Source: Corallochytrium limacisporum Hawaii
Lineage: Eukaryota; Protista; Pluriformea
Assembly: GCA_002811645.1 (NCBI GenBank)
Contig: PDIP01000058.1
Span: 44,162 to 98,990 of the forward strand
Direction of reading: 5' to 3'
Length of the DNA: 54,829 nucleotides
Numbering within the stretch: position 1 is the first letter of the stretch; each line of letters starts with the position of its first letter. Below are positions 37,471-49,100 of this stretch, one piece after another. A program made the position numbers and the translations under genes. The notes under the pieces were generated by a model. It did no database searches, had not been told where the DNA came from, and saw nothing but the letters and a program-made list of their open reading frames with translations.

Positions 37471-40122
37471 TCATGATGTGCTGTTCGAAGAAGTGACATC
37501 GCTAGTGTCCGTGCACACCGGATTCTCACAGCGCACGCAAAACTGTCCCGCAGGTTCCTGACACCCAACACAGCCTTCACGGTAGCAGCACGCACAGTCA
37601 TTGCGGGTGACATCAAACCAGCAGGGACAACCTGACCTCGACCGTTCGAATATATTTGAATCGATCTCAATCTCTGGAGGAGTAGAGCCACAGTCACTAA
37701 CGTCTCCATTGGTGTCGAAGTTGCATGACTCAACATTACACGGCTGGTCACACTTGCCGTCGCCGAGCCAGGACGTCAGACAACCAGGCGCACAGCGTCC
37801 GTCACAGTCCCCGTCGTCAAAGTTGCAAGCGGTAGTGAAGCAGTCCGGATCGCAGATGCCGTCGCCGAGCTTCTCCTCCGGGCAGGTAGGAGCACAGGGC
37901 TCTGATCCTTCTCCAAAGCGTGAGACACAGTCGTCGCCGTCAAAGTCACATTCTGGAGTCCAGCAGCCTGGATCACAAATCGTGTCATTCCGCCACGAGT
38001 CCGGACAGGCGAGTGAACAAATACCCAAACATGCGCCATTGTCAAAGTTGCAGGCCTCAACATTACATGCCCGGTCGCAGATCGTATCCTTCGTCCACAC
38101 GATTGGACAACCCGGGGCACAATAGTCCTCACCACAGTCACCTTGGTCATAGTCACATTCTGGCTTATTGCAGGCCTCGTCACAAATTCCATTGCCAAGT
38201 GCGCATGGACATTCGCCACTGCAGTCACCTCCGTCAAATCCACAGCCAAAAGTCGAATTAGTGAAGTTGCCACCGTTTTCAGTGTCGAGCGCAAAGACAA
38301 AGTTGGCATTGTTACAGACGGGGTCGCAAGTGCCGTCGCCGATCAGGGATGGGGTACAGCCCGGAGAACAGTTGCAGTCGCCAGCATCGTAATTACACTC
38401 TTCAGAATTGCACTGGATGTGACACTGACCATCACCAATTAGCCGGAGGGGACAGAGGCTGGTGTCGCAGGTGGAAAGTCCGGCGCAATCGCCAAAATCA
38501 TCCAAACCGTCAGCGCAGTCGAGGCAAGCCTCATCGCAGAAGCCATCGCCTCGTTGTAATGTAAGGCAAAAGGGACAAGAGCCCAGGTCCACGATCTCTT
38601 CCTCGCAGTCACCTTTGTCGTAATCACAGGCTTCGTTGAAGCAACCGTAGTCACATGTGCCGTCACCTACTTGTAGACCGGTGACGCACTGAGCGGAACA
38701 GCGAGTTTCGCAGTCGCCCCCATCAAAGGTGCATTCTTCATTGTAACAAGCCACGTCGCAGACTCCATTGCCAATGAGATCCGCGCTGCAGCCAGGACTG
38801 CACATGATACAATCGCGAGTACCGGTTGGTTTACCGCTGACCGGATCTTCAGGCGTGTCATAGAAGCACTCCGGGTTGTTACAGACAGCATCACAGACCA
38901 TGTTACCGCGCATGGAGTCTGTGCAGCCTGCGGCACAGTTAACACCAACGCAATCGCCATTGTCACGCATGCAGGGCTCTGTGTCGCATTGAAGATCGCA
39001 GACACCATTGTCCAGCAGGTCTGAGCCACAGGGACAGTTAATGAAGCGCGTGCCTTCGCCTTCACAGTCACCAAAGTCGAAGTTACACTCCTTAATGTTA
39101 CACTCCAAATCACACACGCCGTCGCCTAGCCAGGACCGAAGGCAATTAAACGGGCACAAGTTTAGGCACCGTTTGTTGTCAAACTCACACGCAATTACGG
39201 TACCATTCAAGCTTTCAACTGAATTGTCGTTGTCGCACGGAGAGTCGCATTGATCATTCTTGAGCAGGCGCGGGCTGCACCCGGGACTGCAGTAGCAGTC
39301 ACCGCGGTCATGTCCGCAGGCGGAAGTGTTGCACTGATCATGACAGACGCCGTCACCCAGCCATTGCGAATCACAGCCCGGGCTGCATTCGGACTCGCAC
39401 TCACCACCATCGAAGTCGCAAGCATCGTTGAAGCATCCGGCATCGCAGCGGCCATTGCCCAAGAACTCGGGTGGACAGCCAGGGGCACAGTATCCATCAC
39501 AGGCGCCATCATCGTTGTCACACTCAGCAACATTGCAAGCCGCGTCACAGCGGGTATTGCGACGGCGTGTCCATGGACAGCCCGGTGCACATTGACCACC
39601 ATCATCACGATCATACTGCGCTTCGGGAGCGACCATACAAGCCAAGTCGGATACGCCGTCACCGATCCAACTTCGGTGACAATCCGTGGCGGGAAACTCG
39701 AATGAGTTGTCCCTGGATCCACAGTCCAACCGGTCCCAATCGCACTCTTCGACGTAGCAGGCCTTGTCACATACTTTATTGCGCAGCTCCTCATCAGTAC
39801 AAGGGCACCCCGCTTGACGACGCCTCTCCTGTGGCTGTTGACCAGAAGCAACGACTGCATCATGCCCATGCAAAGCATTCAAATAGCGTTCTTTCGCCTC
39901 ATGCATAACATTCACGTAACCAGGAACCGCGCCTCCATTGGTGTTGCAAACGGGAGGCAGGCCTTTCTTACCATGGGCCCTGTACATTTTTAGTTTTGCG
40001 TCACAGTCCTTTACCCACGAACGAGATTCACGAACATGCTCTCTTTCACTTGTGGCTGAGACTTGTGTCGTGATCAAGAGCCCAGCCACGTACAGCAGTG
40101 TTACGAGTGCCTTGCCCGTCAT
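37471..40122 (-). CDS. Secreted tandem LNR (Lin-12/Notch repeat) protein, 19 repeats, with N-terminal pro-region and C-terminal Cys-rich module (883 aa)
   Basis: Signal peptide MTGKALVTLLYVAGLLITTQVSA. Repeated C.PGC...WLGDG.CD..CN...C.FDGGDC units (19 counted by eye). Terminal module GCPCWFDVTRNDCACCYREGCVGC..C..C...C. No TM segment. Confidence 0.9.
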   Translation of the reverse strand: MTGKALVTLLYVAGLLITTQVSATSEREHVRESRSWVKDCDAKLKMYRAHGKKGLPPVCNTNGGAVPGYVNVMHEAKERYLNALHGHDAVVASGQQPQERRRQAGCPCTDEELRNKVCDKACYVEECDWDRLDCGSRDNSFEFPATDCHRSWIGDGVSDLACMVAPEAQYDRDDGGQCAPGCPWTRRRNTRCDAACNVAECDNDDGACDGYCAPGCPPEFLGNGRCDAGCFNDACDFDGGECESECSPGCDSQWLGDGVCHDQCNTSACGHDRGDCYCSPGCSPRLLKNDQCDSPCDNDNSVESLNGTVIACEFDNKRCLNLCPFNCLRSWLGDGVCDLECNIKECNFDFGDCEGEGTRFINCPCGSDLLDNGVCDLQCDTEPCMRDNGDCVGVNCAAGCTDSMRGNMVCDAVCNNPECFYDTPEDPVSGKPTGTRDCIMCSPGCSADLIGNGVCDVACYNEECTFDGGDCETRCSAQCVTGLQVGDGTCDYGCFNEACDYDKGDCEEEIVDLGSCPFCLTLQRGDGFCDEACLDCADGLDDFGDCAGLSTCDTSLCPLRLIGDGQCHIQCNSEECNYDAGDCNCSPGCTPSLIGDGTCDPVCNNANFVFALDTENGGNFTNSTFGCGFDGGDCSGECPCALGNGICDEACNKPECDYDQGDCGEDYCAPGCPIVWTKDTICDRACNVEACNFDNGACLGICSLACPDSWRNDTICDPGCWTPECDFDGDDCVSRFGEGSEPCAPTCPEEKLGDGICDPDCFTTACNFDDGDCDGRCAPGCLTSWLGDGKCDQPCNVESCNFDTNGDVSDCGSTPPEIEIDSNIFERSRSGCPCWFDVTRNDCACCYREGCVGCQEPAGQFCVRCENPVCTDTSDVTSSNSTS

Positions 40123-43029
40123 TTTGTAATATTGTGTTGACTACTCACCGAAGGGACAATGGATCTCTACGTTTTCCGCCGTCCCGTCTTCCGTTTGGTT
40201 CTATCGCTATCGTTTCAAAAAGGTGACTAGAATCTTAGAGCATGATAGATTACAATTGTGTGCGACCAATTTTGCAGTACTGAAACAAGACTTGTATACT
40301 AAAGGTGATATTTGGCACAGGGGGTCATAGTAAGTAGAGGTCCATGTGCGGACCATTGTGTTGATGTTTTATAGTTTGGGGTCTGATGTAGCAATCGCCG
40401 AACTAGAATTCCCTTCAAAATTTTGGTAATGATTAAGGCTCAACAACACATACTTGGTGTCCCACAGTACACCAATGTAACGATGGTGCCAGTAATAGTA
40501 GTTCCACAAAAGAAGTCCTGAAGACCTGAAAATCGCTCCCAAAGCCATTGACAAATAGTGACAAAGGGGGAAGGGGAAGCAGACCAGGGAAAGGTGCCTG
40601 GGTGAGTATGGCACCGGTGTGCTCCGCTTCCAGTAGCCACAGGGCAAAGCACGACGGGGACCCCTCGAGTTTGTGGGGATCCAGCATACTGAAAATACCG
40701 TAGGGAGGGCACACTGAACTTTTGAGGCGGCACACCCAACGACTCCCCCCCCCTCTTTTTCCTCTTCACCGCGAGGACAAAACGGTGGTTTGCTCCCCCC
40801 CCGCGGGGGGCGGGGGGTTAGGACGGGACAGTTCGCGAGGGGAATCAAAAGTAGAGTGAGTGCACGGCAGGTGAAGGGAGGGTGGGAGCAGGGAGTTTCC
40901 CCAAGCAAAGCCTGGCCTGCGCTCTCGCTCCCCCTCTCCCCCCCCCACCCCAACCCCCCACTCAGCAGTGTGAGACGTCTCCTTGGCGGCGTGAGGGCTC
41001 GCGGGAGCAGTTGGAACTAAAGCCCCTCCGCCCCAACCTTTCGTGGCGCATCGGTGTGCGCCCCTTCTGATGAAGTATTGTTTCATTTCAGTTCTGCACC
41101 TTAGTCTTGAATTCCCTGGGTACGTGTACCCTTTTCAAAGTTTTGTTCTTCTTTCGAGGCTGCAAGTCAAAAACATCCGCGGCCCCTCGTTCTGCTCGCT
41201 GGCATCGTTGTTAATGATTACTATTAGGGTACAGTTAAATCCGTACTAGAAAGAGCTCTCCTGGGAGATGAGTGATGGAATATTGCTCTGAACCCCCACG
41301 CACTATTTCGTTCCAGTACCAAACGCAAAGAGAAAAACTACGACACAAGCGACAAGCTTTACGACCGTAAAAGCCTGAGACAAGAAGCAAAATCACAGTG
41401 CGGCCCGACGGAATGAGAGTAGATGTCAGACATACTAAGAGGCGGGGAATATCTTTTGCTGTTTTATATCCCCACTGCTTAAATTCACCGGGTCCCCTCC
41501 CTTCTTGTTGTTCGTTTGCACTGTTGGCCAGCCAAACAACAATAAGACAAACTAAAGGACTATCACGGGCTCAGGCGATGCCGGAGACATATCGGTGGGT
41601 CCAAACCACTATTGGCGACAGATTTGTTTCACAGGCACACGGCAGGCTTTTGCAGATTACGGTTAACTCCTGAAACAGCCACCCATCCAAACCACAGTAC
41701 ACGATAACGCACAATACGATTCAGAGCACATCCCCATCGACACCACCACTTAAAAGGGAATCCCCGGGAACAAAAAGTAGCAAACAAATTCCGCACCAAT
41801 CGGGTCGGGGAGGCCCACGAAAAAAAGAAAGCCAACTGCCCCATCATCACAACCCACCTATCGGGCCCCAAACTGACGCGCCCTTCGTCCCGTCAATACC
41901 AAATGGGCGAATGGTATGAATTGAGTAGGCTTCTTTGTCTTAGTGAAGCTACTACACTGCCTTTTACCTGCACTCACTCCCGGCGGGGGGACTTTAAGTC
42001 CCCCCCCCTCCCCCTGGCGCGTGGAATCGCGCGCCTTTGGTACGGTTTCTCTGAAACGAAGAGACACACACACACACGGGCGCAGATCCCCCCCTCTCCG
42101 GCGCTATCAGTGGTGTTTTCCCTGTGTTTTATATCTCATTTGTTTCTTGTCGGCTGTTGTCCTCGCACTATCGGGGCTCATTGCCGCGTGTTCTCGTTTT
42201 GGCCTTTGTTTCACTTTCTTTACGGAAGGAGGATTGTCTCTCACACGATTGGGATCCGATCGATCACATATGCTGGCTTGTCAGTTTGTTTGTGCTTAGT
42301 TTGGTATTCTTCGGGGCTTTTCGCCCAAGGTGTGTCTGAGTAAATGTGTCCGTGTGTGAATGTGTCTGTGCGTGTCTGAGGGCGTCTGTGTTCGTCCGTG
42401 TGTGTCTGCGACATCTCTCTTAAAGCCATTGTGGCTTCAGTGACCCGTCCCTGCGAGTCTGTTTGCTTTGAATCTCAGGACTTCCGTCCGTTGCTTTCAA
42501 TTGTAATGCTATCCTTTTTTTTTCTTTTTGTGGACGGGGGCGCGTACATTCTCTCTCCGGCGTGTTTCTCAGAGACCCAAAGAATGTGGGTTTTCATGGG
42601 AAGAATAGCTGCGGCAGGGACGCAGAAGGGGAGGGCCGTGCCTGTGATCGGGGATAGAACGGCAGGCATCAATCACTCTCATCCGTGGAAATGAGGAACT
42701 AAGGCGGCAATGAGATTACGTACGGCTCAGTGACGCACAGGAATTCTTATTGAATTCTATAGCAATAGAGATCAAATACTATGGAGGATAGGTTAGGGAT
42801 TTTTGGACATAACTTGGAATCAGGTCCAAAGTCTTTAGGGAACAACGGTATGAGGAACTACGAGTTAGATATGGTCTATTGCAACTGTGGCATGGATACT
42901 TATTTTTTTGAGGACGCAAGATAGCGTGTAGGAATAGCGGGAAAATGTTCCACGGCAACTAGAAACTATTTGGAAAAGCTAAAGGTAAGGCCGGGTATGG
43001 AAACGAAGGGCAGAGAACGAGAAACAGGC

Positions 43030-43285
43030 ACGTCAGTAGAATGCCCAAGAAAGTTCAGAGACACGTCACAGAGCAGGAGAAGGAATAGAAACCATAGGAG
43101 CACATACACATGGAACGGAACGTCATGGAAATATGGGTTCGAGTTAGCTACGTCAAACCTGCTTCTTTAGCCCAAAGTTTGCGCCAGGTTCAAAAAATGT
43201 CTACTATTTAGCCACTGTAAGACTCGCGTCAAGATTACTAGACCGCGCCATCATCGTCATCATCTCCGTCATTCCGTGCACGTCA
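43030..43285 (+). promoter_or_regulatory. Candidate homotypic cluster of ACGTCA (CRE/bZIP-like) sites
   Basis: ACGTCA at 43030, 43063, 43120, 43150 and 43280, plus CGTCA at 43227, 43255 and 43267. All are on the same strand, between two divergently transcribed genes. Confidence 0.35.
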
Positions 43286-45134
43286 CCGTTTCCAAGCGGG
43301 TTAAAAGGCTCTCATCAATTAAAGCTCACCATATTATTGCTACACTTTAATGGAGACCTAATTCCAACTGGTTCACGGCCTGCTAGTTTCAGGCAATGAT
43401 AACCCCATTCAATCCCTTTCATAAGTTCTCTATATGTTCATATCAATCTTCAACGCAAACGGTTTATCAAAACCTTCCACAATTACGTCTATTTTGTTCA
43501 CCATGGTGAGGCAGCGCCACTTGTCCGATCCGTCCACTCCACCTGTTGTATTAATTACGACGATTCCCCTAGAACGAGTTTAGAAAGCAATCGTCCCCAA
43601 ACTTTGCCCCTTCTAGTTGTCCTTGACTTGTCCTCTCATCATGTCTGTCCAAGATAAATTGATAGCAGCCTTCTATGTCTCGAATCTGATACTTTTGCAC
43701 AAACCTGCTTACGTGGGGATGCGGATGATGATTATCATGCCTGGGGACAATACTACTCTCCAGTGTGCTCTTCAAAATAGGCATGCTGTCTCCACACTCT
43801 CTTGTGGCTATATGTACATGCTTGGATGGGGCTTCTGCATGGTGTCGGGTCCCTTTTGTCACGGGCTGAAGGGGTACTCCGGCTGCAGGATCTGTATTAT
43901 CATTGGAGCAGAGCAAGCACACTGTAGCAGCGAAAGGTCCGGCACGCTGTCAGATTGAGTTCAAGGCGATCACGGAGTACACGGATAAAGAGGACAGATA
44001 GGACATCTCGAGCGTCCTTAGTTTCCCCATCCCTGCATGTCCGTCCGCGCCGGGGACAAGGGATTCTTGCGCACGCCCATGACTCTAGATGTGCGAATTT
44101 CCCCTCGGATTATCCCGGGGACGCAAATCCCCGCCATCGACAGGAACAAACGACCCAAGGCAAGATTCCACCCTGCGGTCTGTTCGCAGCACCAGGTTCT
44201 TCCTATTCCCTTACATTCACAACTTGTGCGTTCCTCTGCGCCCCTTAATGGACGAAAAGTATGATCTGTTATTCTGGTTTTGGTTACCGCCGAGTGTTAT
44301 GCACGTCGCTGGATGAAACAAGGGGCAACCGCGGGAATGGTGCGGTGCGCTTTCTAGGGAGACGATCGGGGAGAGGGAGAAGGGGGGTAGGAGACGGATT
44401 CAAAGGACGCTGCACACGCGGGATTGGGGGGAGGGGGAGGTAAACTCCATGGAAGAGAGCGCGGGATTGCTCGCGGGCAATGTGAACCGGACCGCCCTGG
44501 TGGGTTCTCCCGGTGGGGGGGGGGGGATTGAGCCGAAAACGTGGTGGGAGGGTTGTAAGGAAAGGGAGAGTCGCGGCAACGCGAGGGGGAGCAGGCACGG
44601 TGTGTTTATATCTCGCAGTTCGGCATTAATTAAACTGAACCCTAAAATCATTAACGAACGCGACACATTGAATGGAATGACCATACTGGACGATGAGAGG
44701 AGAGGAACGAATGGCAAACCGGAGCCAGGTCACTAGACCGTCTACCTTCGCAGGGCAATGGGCTGTTCTGACTTGATTTCGAAATTCAAAGAAGCAATTG
44801 CGAATCTTGTCTAATGTTTTCTAACCTAAATTCAACTTTACAAGGATTTTTTGTTGATTCACATTCAATCTATGCGCTCTTCAGGGTCCTTCAAGGATTA
44901 GCAAATCTACAGTGCCCTAACACCCGAGCCAATGCACAAGTAGAGAGTCAGTCATCGGCACGGACACTTCGGATAACATTTCTTTTGGGTTTTGTAGGCA
45001 GACTCACTGGGTGTTAATTGTTCAACTACATAGAACCACCATTTGATGCACATATCTAGAGTCGCGGCAAAAGCGGGGACAAGTCTCAAACACATTTCGA
45101 CTCGTCGACTTTGTGAACAGCGGTGAGGTGAATC

Positions 45135-45737
45135 ATGCGGAACGCAAACATTACAACCTTCCTATTAACAATATTTATTGCTATAAATTGCGTCTCTGGA
45201 CAAGCGCGAGTGCGCGAGGGTTCCTGTAGTCAACTTCAAGGTAGTCCTACAGACCCTGTAGCAGCCCTGGACGCCGCTGAGAATGTGTCAGAAACAATCT
45301 ACAAGCCCACCAACTTTGGTAGGTGCATCAGGCTTGACTGCTTAAAGATCTTTGCCTTCGACGGTGAACACTCGGGTGCCCACACCATGACCAAATTTGA
45401 AACTTTCAGTAGTAGTGCTGACAGGACAGGGACCGTGGACGGCGTAGACTATCTTTACTATGACGACGTTCCGCGTCTCATTGTGGGATTCAGAGACAGT
45501 GATCTCAATGATTATAACGACCTCGACGACTCTGCTACTGTAACTAACTGTCGCAAACACTGCAAAAGCGCGCCATGGTGTGGATTCTTTGGCGTAGAGC
45601 CACCTACCGTCCCCAGTTTGTTCGAACGCTGCTCCTATTGGTCCCTCGGACAGGAATCACTGAAGGACTCGTACCAGTACGTGTGCCGATTTAATGCCAC
45701 GACCACCGATGGAAATGTCTATGAGGTTCAGTCATAA
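45135..45737 (+). CDS. Small secreted Cys-containing protein with C-terminal PAN/apple-like module (200 aa)
   Basis: Signal peptide MRNANITTFLLTIFIAINCVSG-Q. The segment TVTNCRKHCKSAPWCGFFGV...RCSYWS fits the PAN pattern C-x3-C-x5-C-x2-F...C. Confidence 0.7.
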   Translation: MRNANITTFLLTIFIAINCVSGQARVREGSCSQLQGSPTDPVAALDAAENVSETIYKPTNFGRCIRLDCLKIFAFDGEHSGAHTMTKFETFSSSADRTGTVDGVDYLYYDDVPRLIVGFRDSDLNDYNDLDDSATVTNCRKHCKSAPWCGFFGVEPPTVPSLFERCSYWSLGQESLKDSYQYVCRFNATTTDGNVYEVQS

Positions 45738-46115
45738 GGTTCATACAAAAGCATGGAGATGATTGCGTTTGACACTGTGCCAAGCGATCTGCTCTCACAA
45801 ACTCTTGTACATGGCATTGCCCTTCGGCACCAATAGTTCGATGGCCATTGCAACCCTATTCCACTCTCCACATCTACCTATAAATTGCTTTCCTCGGAAA
45901 TTGATCGAATAGTATGATCCTAATCATACAGATTGTTCATGTCCATTGACCTTTCCTCAATGGTGTAAGTCTACAACGATGACAACATATATGTAAGAAC
46001 AAAGTTATCTGAAATATATTAGATTACTAAACGGCTGAAGTTCTCATGGTGTGCGATTCACAACGAGAAGATGATGGCATAGGTGCTCTATGATGATCGT
46101 AATGGCGTTTTTCTC

Positions 46116-49100
46116 TCACTGCACAGTGGCTGAACCTTCCGGAGGCACTTCTAAGCTCGTTTCGCCACCGTTGCTCTCTAACAATGTGACCGCTGCAACT
46201 GAACTGCCGCTATTCATGATTGTTGTAGAGCCGGAACCTACCACACAGTAGTTGATGGATGCCACTTCCGAATCATCATCTGCTGAGAAGGATGCAGTCT
46301 CCGAGGACGGTGTGAAGTAAAAGTTTGCAGTGCCGAGCTCGAGGAAAGCTGCAAGGTTGCCTCGGTCTGATGGCTGGCCAACAAGCAGCAGCCCACCATC
46401 CGGGAGTTCTGCGCCAGTTATATCACTATCAGAGAGAAGCGGCTCGTCCAGAAATGCACTGTCCATGGAGCTAACATCAATGCCGCAACAGTACGGTCGC
46501 GCTTCCGCGCTAATGCGGAGCGGTTCGATATCTAGCGGCGTATTGAACACTTTACGAGGAGCCTCAAAATAGTATCGACCGGCAAATGGCATGGCTGGGA
46601 GTGGTGCATTGGGCCAGTTATAGAGCTCCTCAAGCACAAGTTCCTTGCGGGGGGATGGTCCGATGAGAGGTCCACTGGTATTCAGGTCCTCTCCGTCTGC
46701 TGTCAAACGCTTGAGGTTGATGCCAATACTGCCATGGCCAGTCTTGCTACCACTGTTTTCAACGATGAATTCGGAATTGATGACATTCTCAATAACGACA
46801 TAACCGCCAGATGGAAGCAGGCCGCAGAACTCGCTGTTCGGCGCGTCGGTGAGAATCTCGCCAGAGGGACGAGTGAGAAGGCGGGCCAAAGATTGCCCTT
46901 TCAAATCATCGTCAGACTCCAGGAGCCCAATCTTGCCTAGCAATGAGCCGATTCGCACAATGGGCTCTGAACCGGGTTCTGTAGCGGCAACAGTTACGCG
47001 TACTTCTGTCATTACAAGCTGGCACTCGTCCACTGTGTTCGTAATCAAGGACTGGTCTGGGTTGGGCATCGTAGACAGACGACCGCGGTCCTTGGCAATT
47101 GCTGCGCTTAGAACATCACTGTAGTAATTCGTACAGTTTAAGGCGTAATCAGTGGCATTGGAAGAGCCAAAGAATTCGAGAGATGGAGGTGTGCTGACTG
47201 AGGTAACAACAGAGGGTTGGACTTCTACTAGGGTTTCCAGGTCAAATGGAATCACATCACTGCCAATAAAGCGGGTACGCAGAGAGCCATACAGCAGGGC
47301 ACTGCTCGGACTGGGAGCAACGCCAGCGAAAATGTTATCGTCAACGATCGACGGCACGGGCGCCACCAGATCCGCCACTGGTCCAGTCGTCGAAGGCGAC
47401 ACTAACCCACTGAGGAAGGCACCAGCGGACGCTGCACTGGCTAGTGGTGAGGCGTAGTCGGATAGAATGTCCAGTGGTCCAAGGTTGCGTGAAGTTGTGC
47501 GCCCTGCTGTTGTGCCAGTGTCGGAAAGGTCTTCTCCATCGTCACCATCATCATCGTCAGCAGCCACGAATGAAGGTATAGCCGGCACCACCGCGCCTCG
47601 GCCGTAGTGGCTCATCGTCAGAGCCAGACCAGCACAGGCTCCGGCACAACCACCGTCAACTAGAACCACTGTGCCGGTCAGGCGGGATGTGATCGTGGGT
47701 AGGTCTAGGTCCGGGAATAGTGCCTGGCATACCTCACCGGTACGTGAGTTAGTATTACCACGGTAGCCGTACGCTCCCTCAACATCGGTCTGGGTCAATC
47801 GATCCTCTCGTTCGAATTCGGTAATTGGATCTCCAGTGCAAGGGATACTACCCAGGCCGCCGTAGAGGGGCGCAGGGTTCGTCCAAGTCGACGGTGCGGT
47901 GGCATAGTTGACAGTAAGCCAACCAAGATCACCCCCGACAGCGGTCGTGTTGTCGTTCCCACCGGAACTGTTCAGAGCCACGTCAGGTGCAAGGATACCG
48001 TTCAGCACGTCAAAGAAACACTGAGCGTAGGTACCATAGGGAGCGATGGCACCTCGGAGATCAAGCATGAGCAGGGCGGTCGAATTAAGGGTCTCTACGG
48101 GCGGTTCCAACTCCAGCGCAGTCTGATTAAAGAGAATATCCGTTAGCTGGCTGAGCAGCAGGCGGTCGCTCATGATACGAGTGGCAATGGGGCTGAGAGC
48201 TGCCAGATCCTTAGGAGTGATGGCACTACCATCGTAGTCGTCATCGGATACTTCCGCAGCTGCGTCCAAAACCGTGTCTAGATCAGCCAGAAGCTCCTGT
48301 CCGCCGTAGCCTGCGTATCGCATGAGTACGACATTCTCCCCTGCAGGACCAAGGGAGTTGGCCTGCCAAATCGAATCCGTGCCCGTCGGAGCCGTGTAGT
48401 TTAGAGCGAACGATGTGGATGAGTTTGCCAGGCTCTCTGGATCTGCAGTGTAAAGACAGTCGGATGCGTAGTGCGCCTCGGATGCGCCGGTGAACCATGG
48501 CACGAGTGCTGGAGGGACACGAGTAACCGACCGGTCGTAGCCTTCGGTCGCGTCTGTGGGAAGTACCGTATTCTTTTCAGCAAGGGCTGCGGCACCAGTG
48601 GGGGCAATAATTGGGTCAACCAGGCTGAAGACACGCTGTTCCACTCCGAGTTCATCACCATACGGCAGCAGCACGGCACGTTCGACAGCAAATTCTGGGG
48701 GCAGCGGCAGAGTACCGAGGACGGCGACCTCTCCGTAGTAGGCACCGACGGGGAGGGCGAGCCGGCAATTTCCTGCGGAATTGTTGCATGGGGAGATCTG
48801 GTTCAGGACCATGGGGGTGCTCTGACGACGGCTCCTGTTAATGTCCTGGTCACTGTAATCGACGACATTTTCACTACGTCGTTTGCGGGTGGGATCATCA
48901 AAACTCTCGCTGAACGTGCCAATTATGGTCGATTGCGTAGGTTCCTCTGCAATTGGATCACGACAAGCAATGGTAGCAAGGACCATGTCGTCCTGGATTT
49001 GCATGAAGTTCTCCATGCCAAACACCGCAACTGGGAGTTGTCCACTGCGGAGCCAGGGGAGCGCAAGGTCCAGAGCTACGTCTGGGTCTTGACCAAAGGC

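Noticed and set aside
43136-43148. GGTTCGAG resembling a tRNA T-loop/B-box
   Set aside because: No cloverleaf stems or A-box at the proper spacing.
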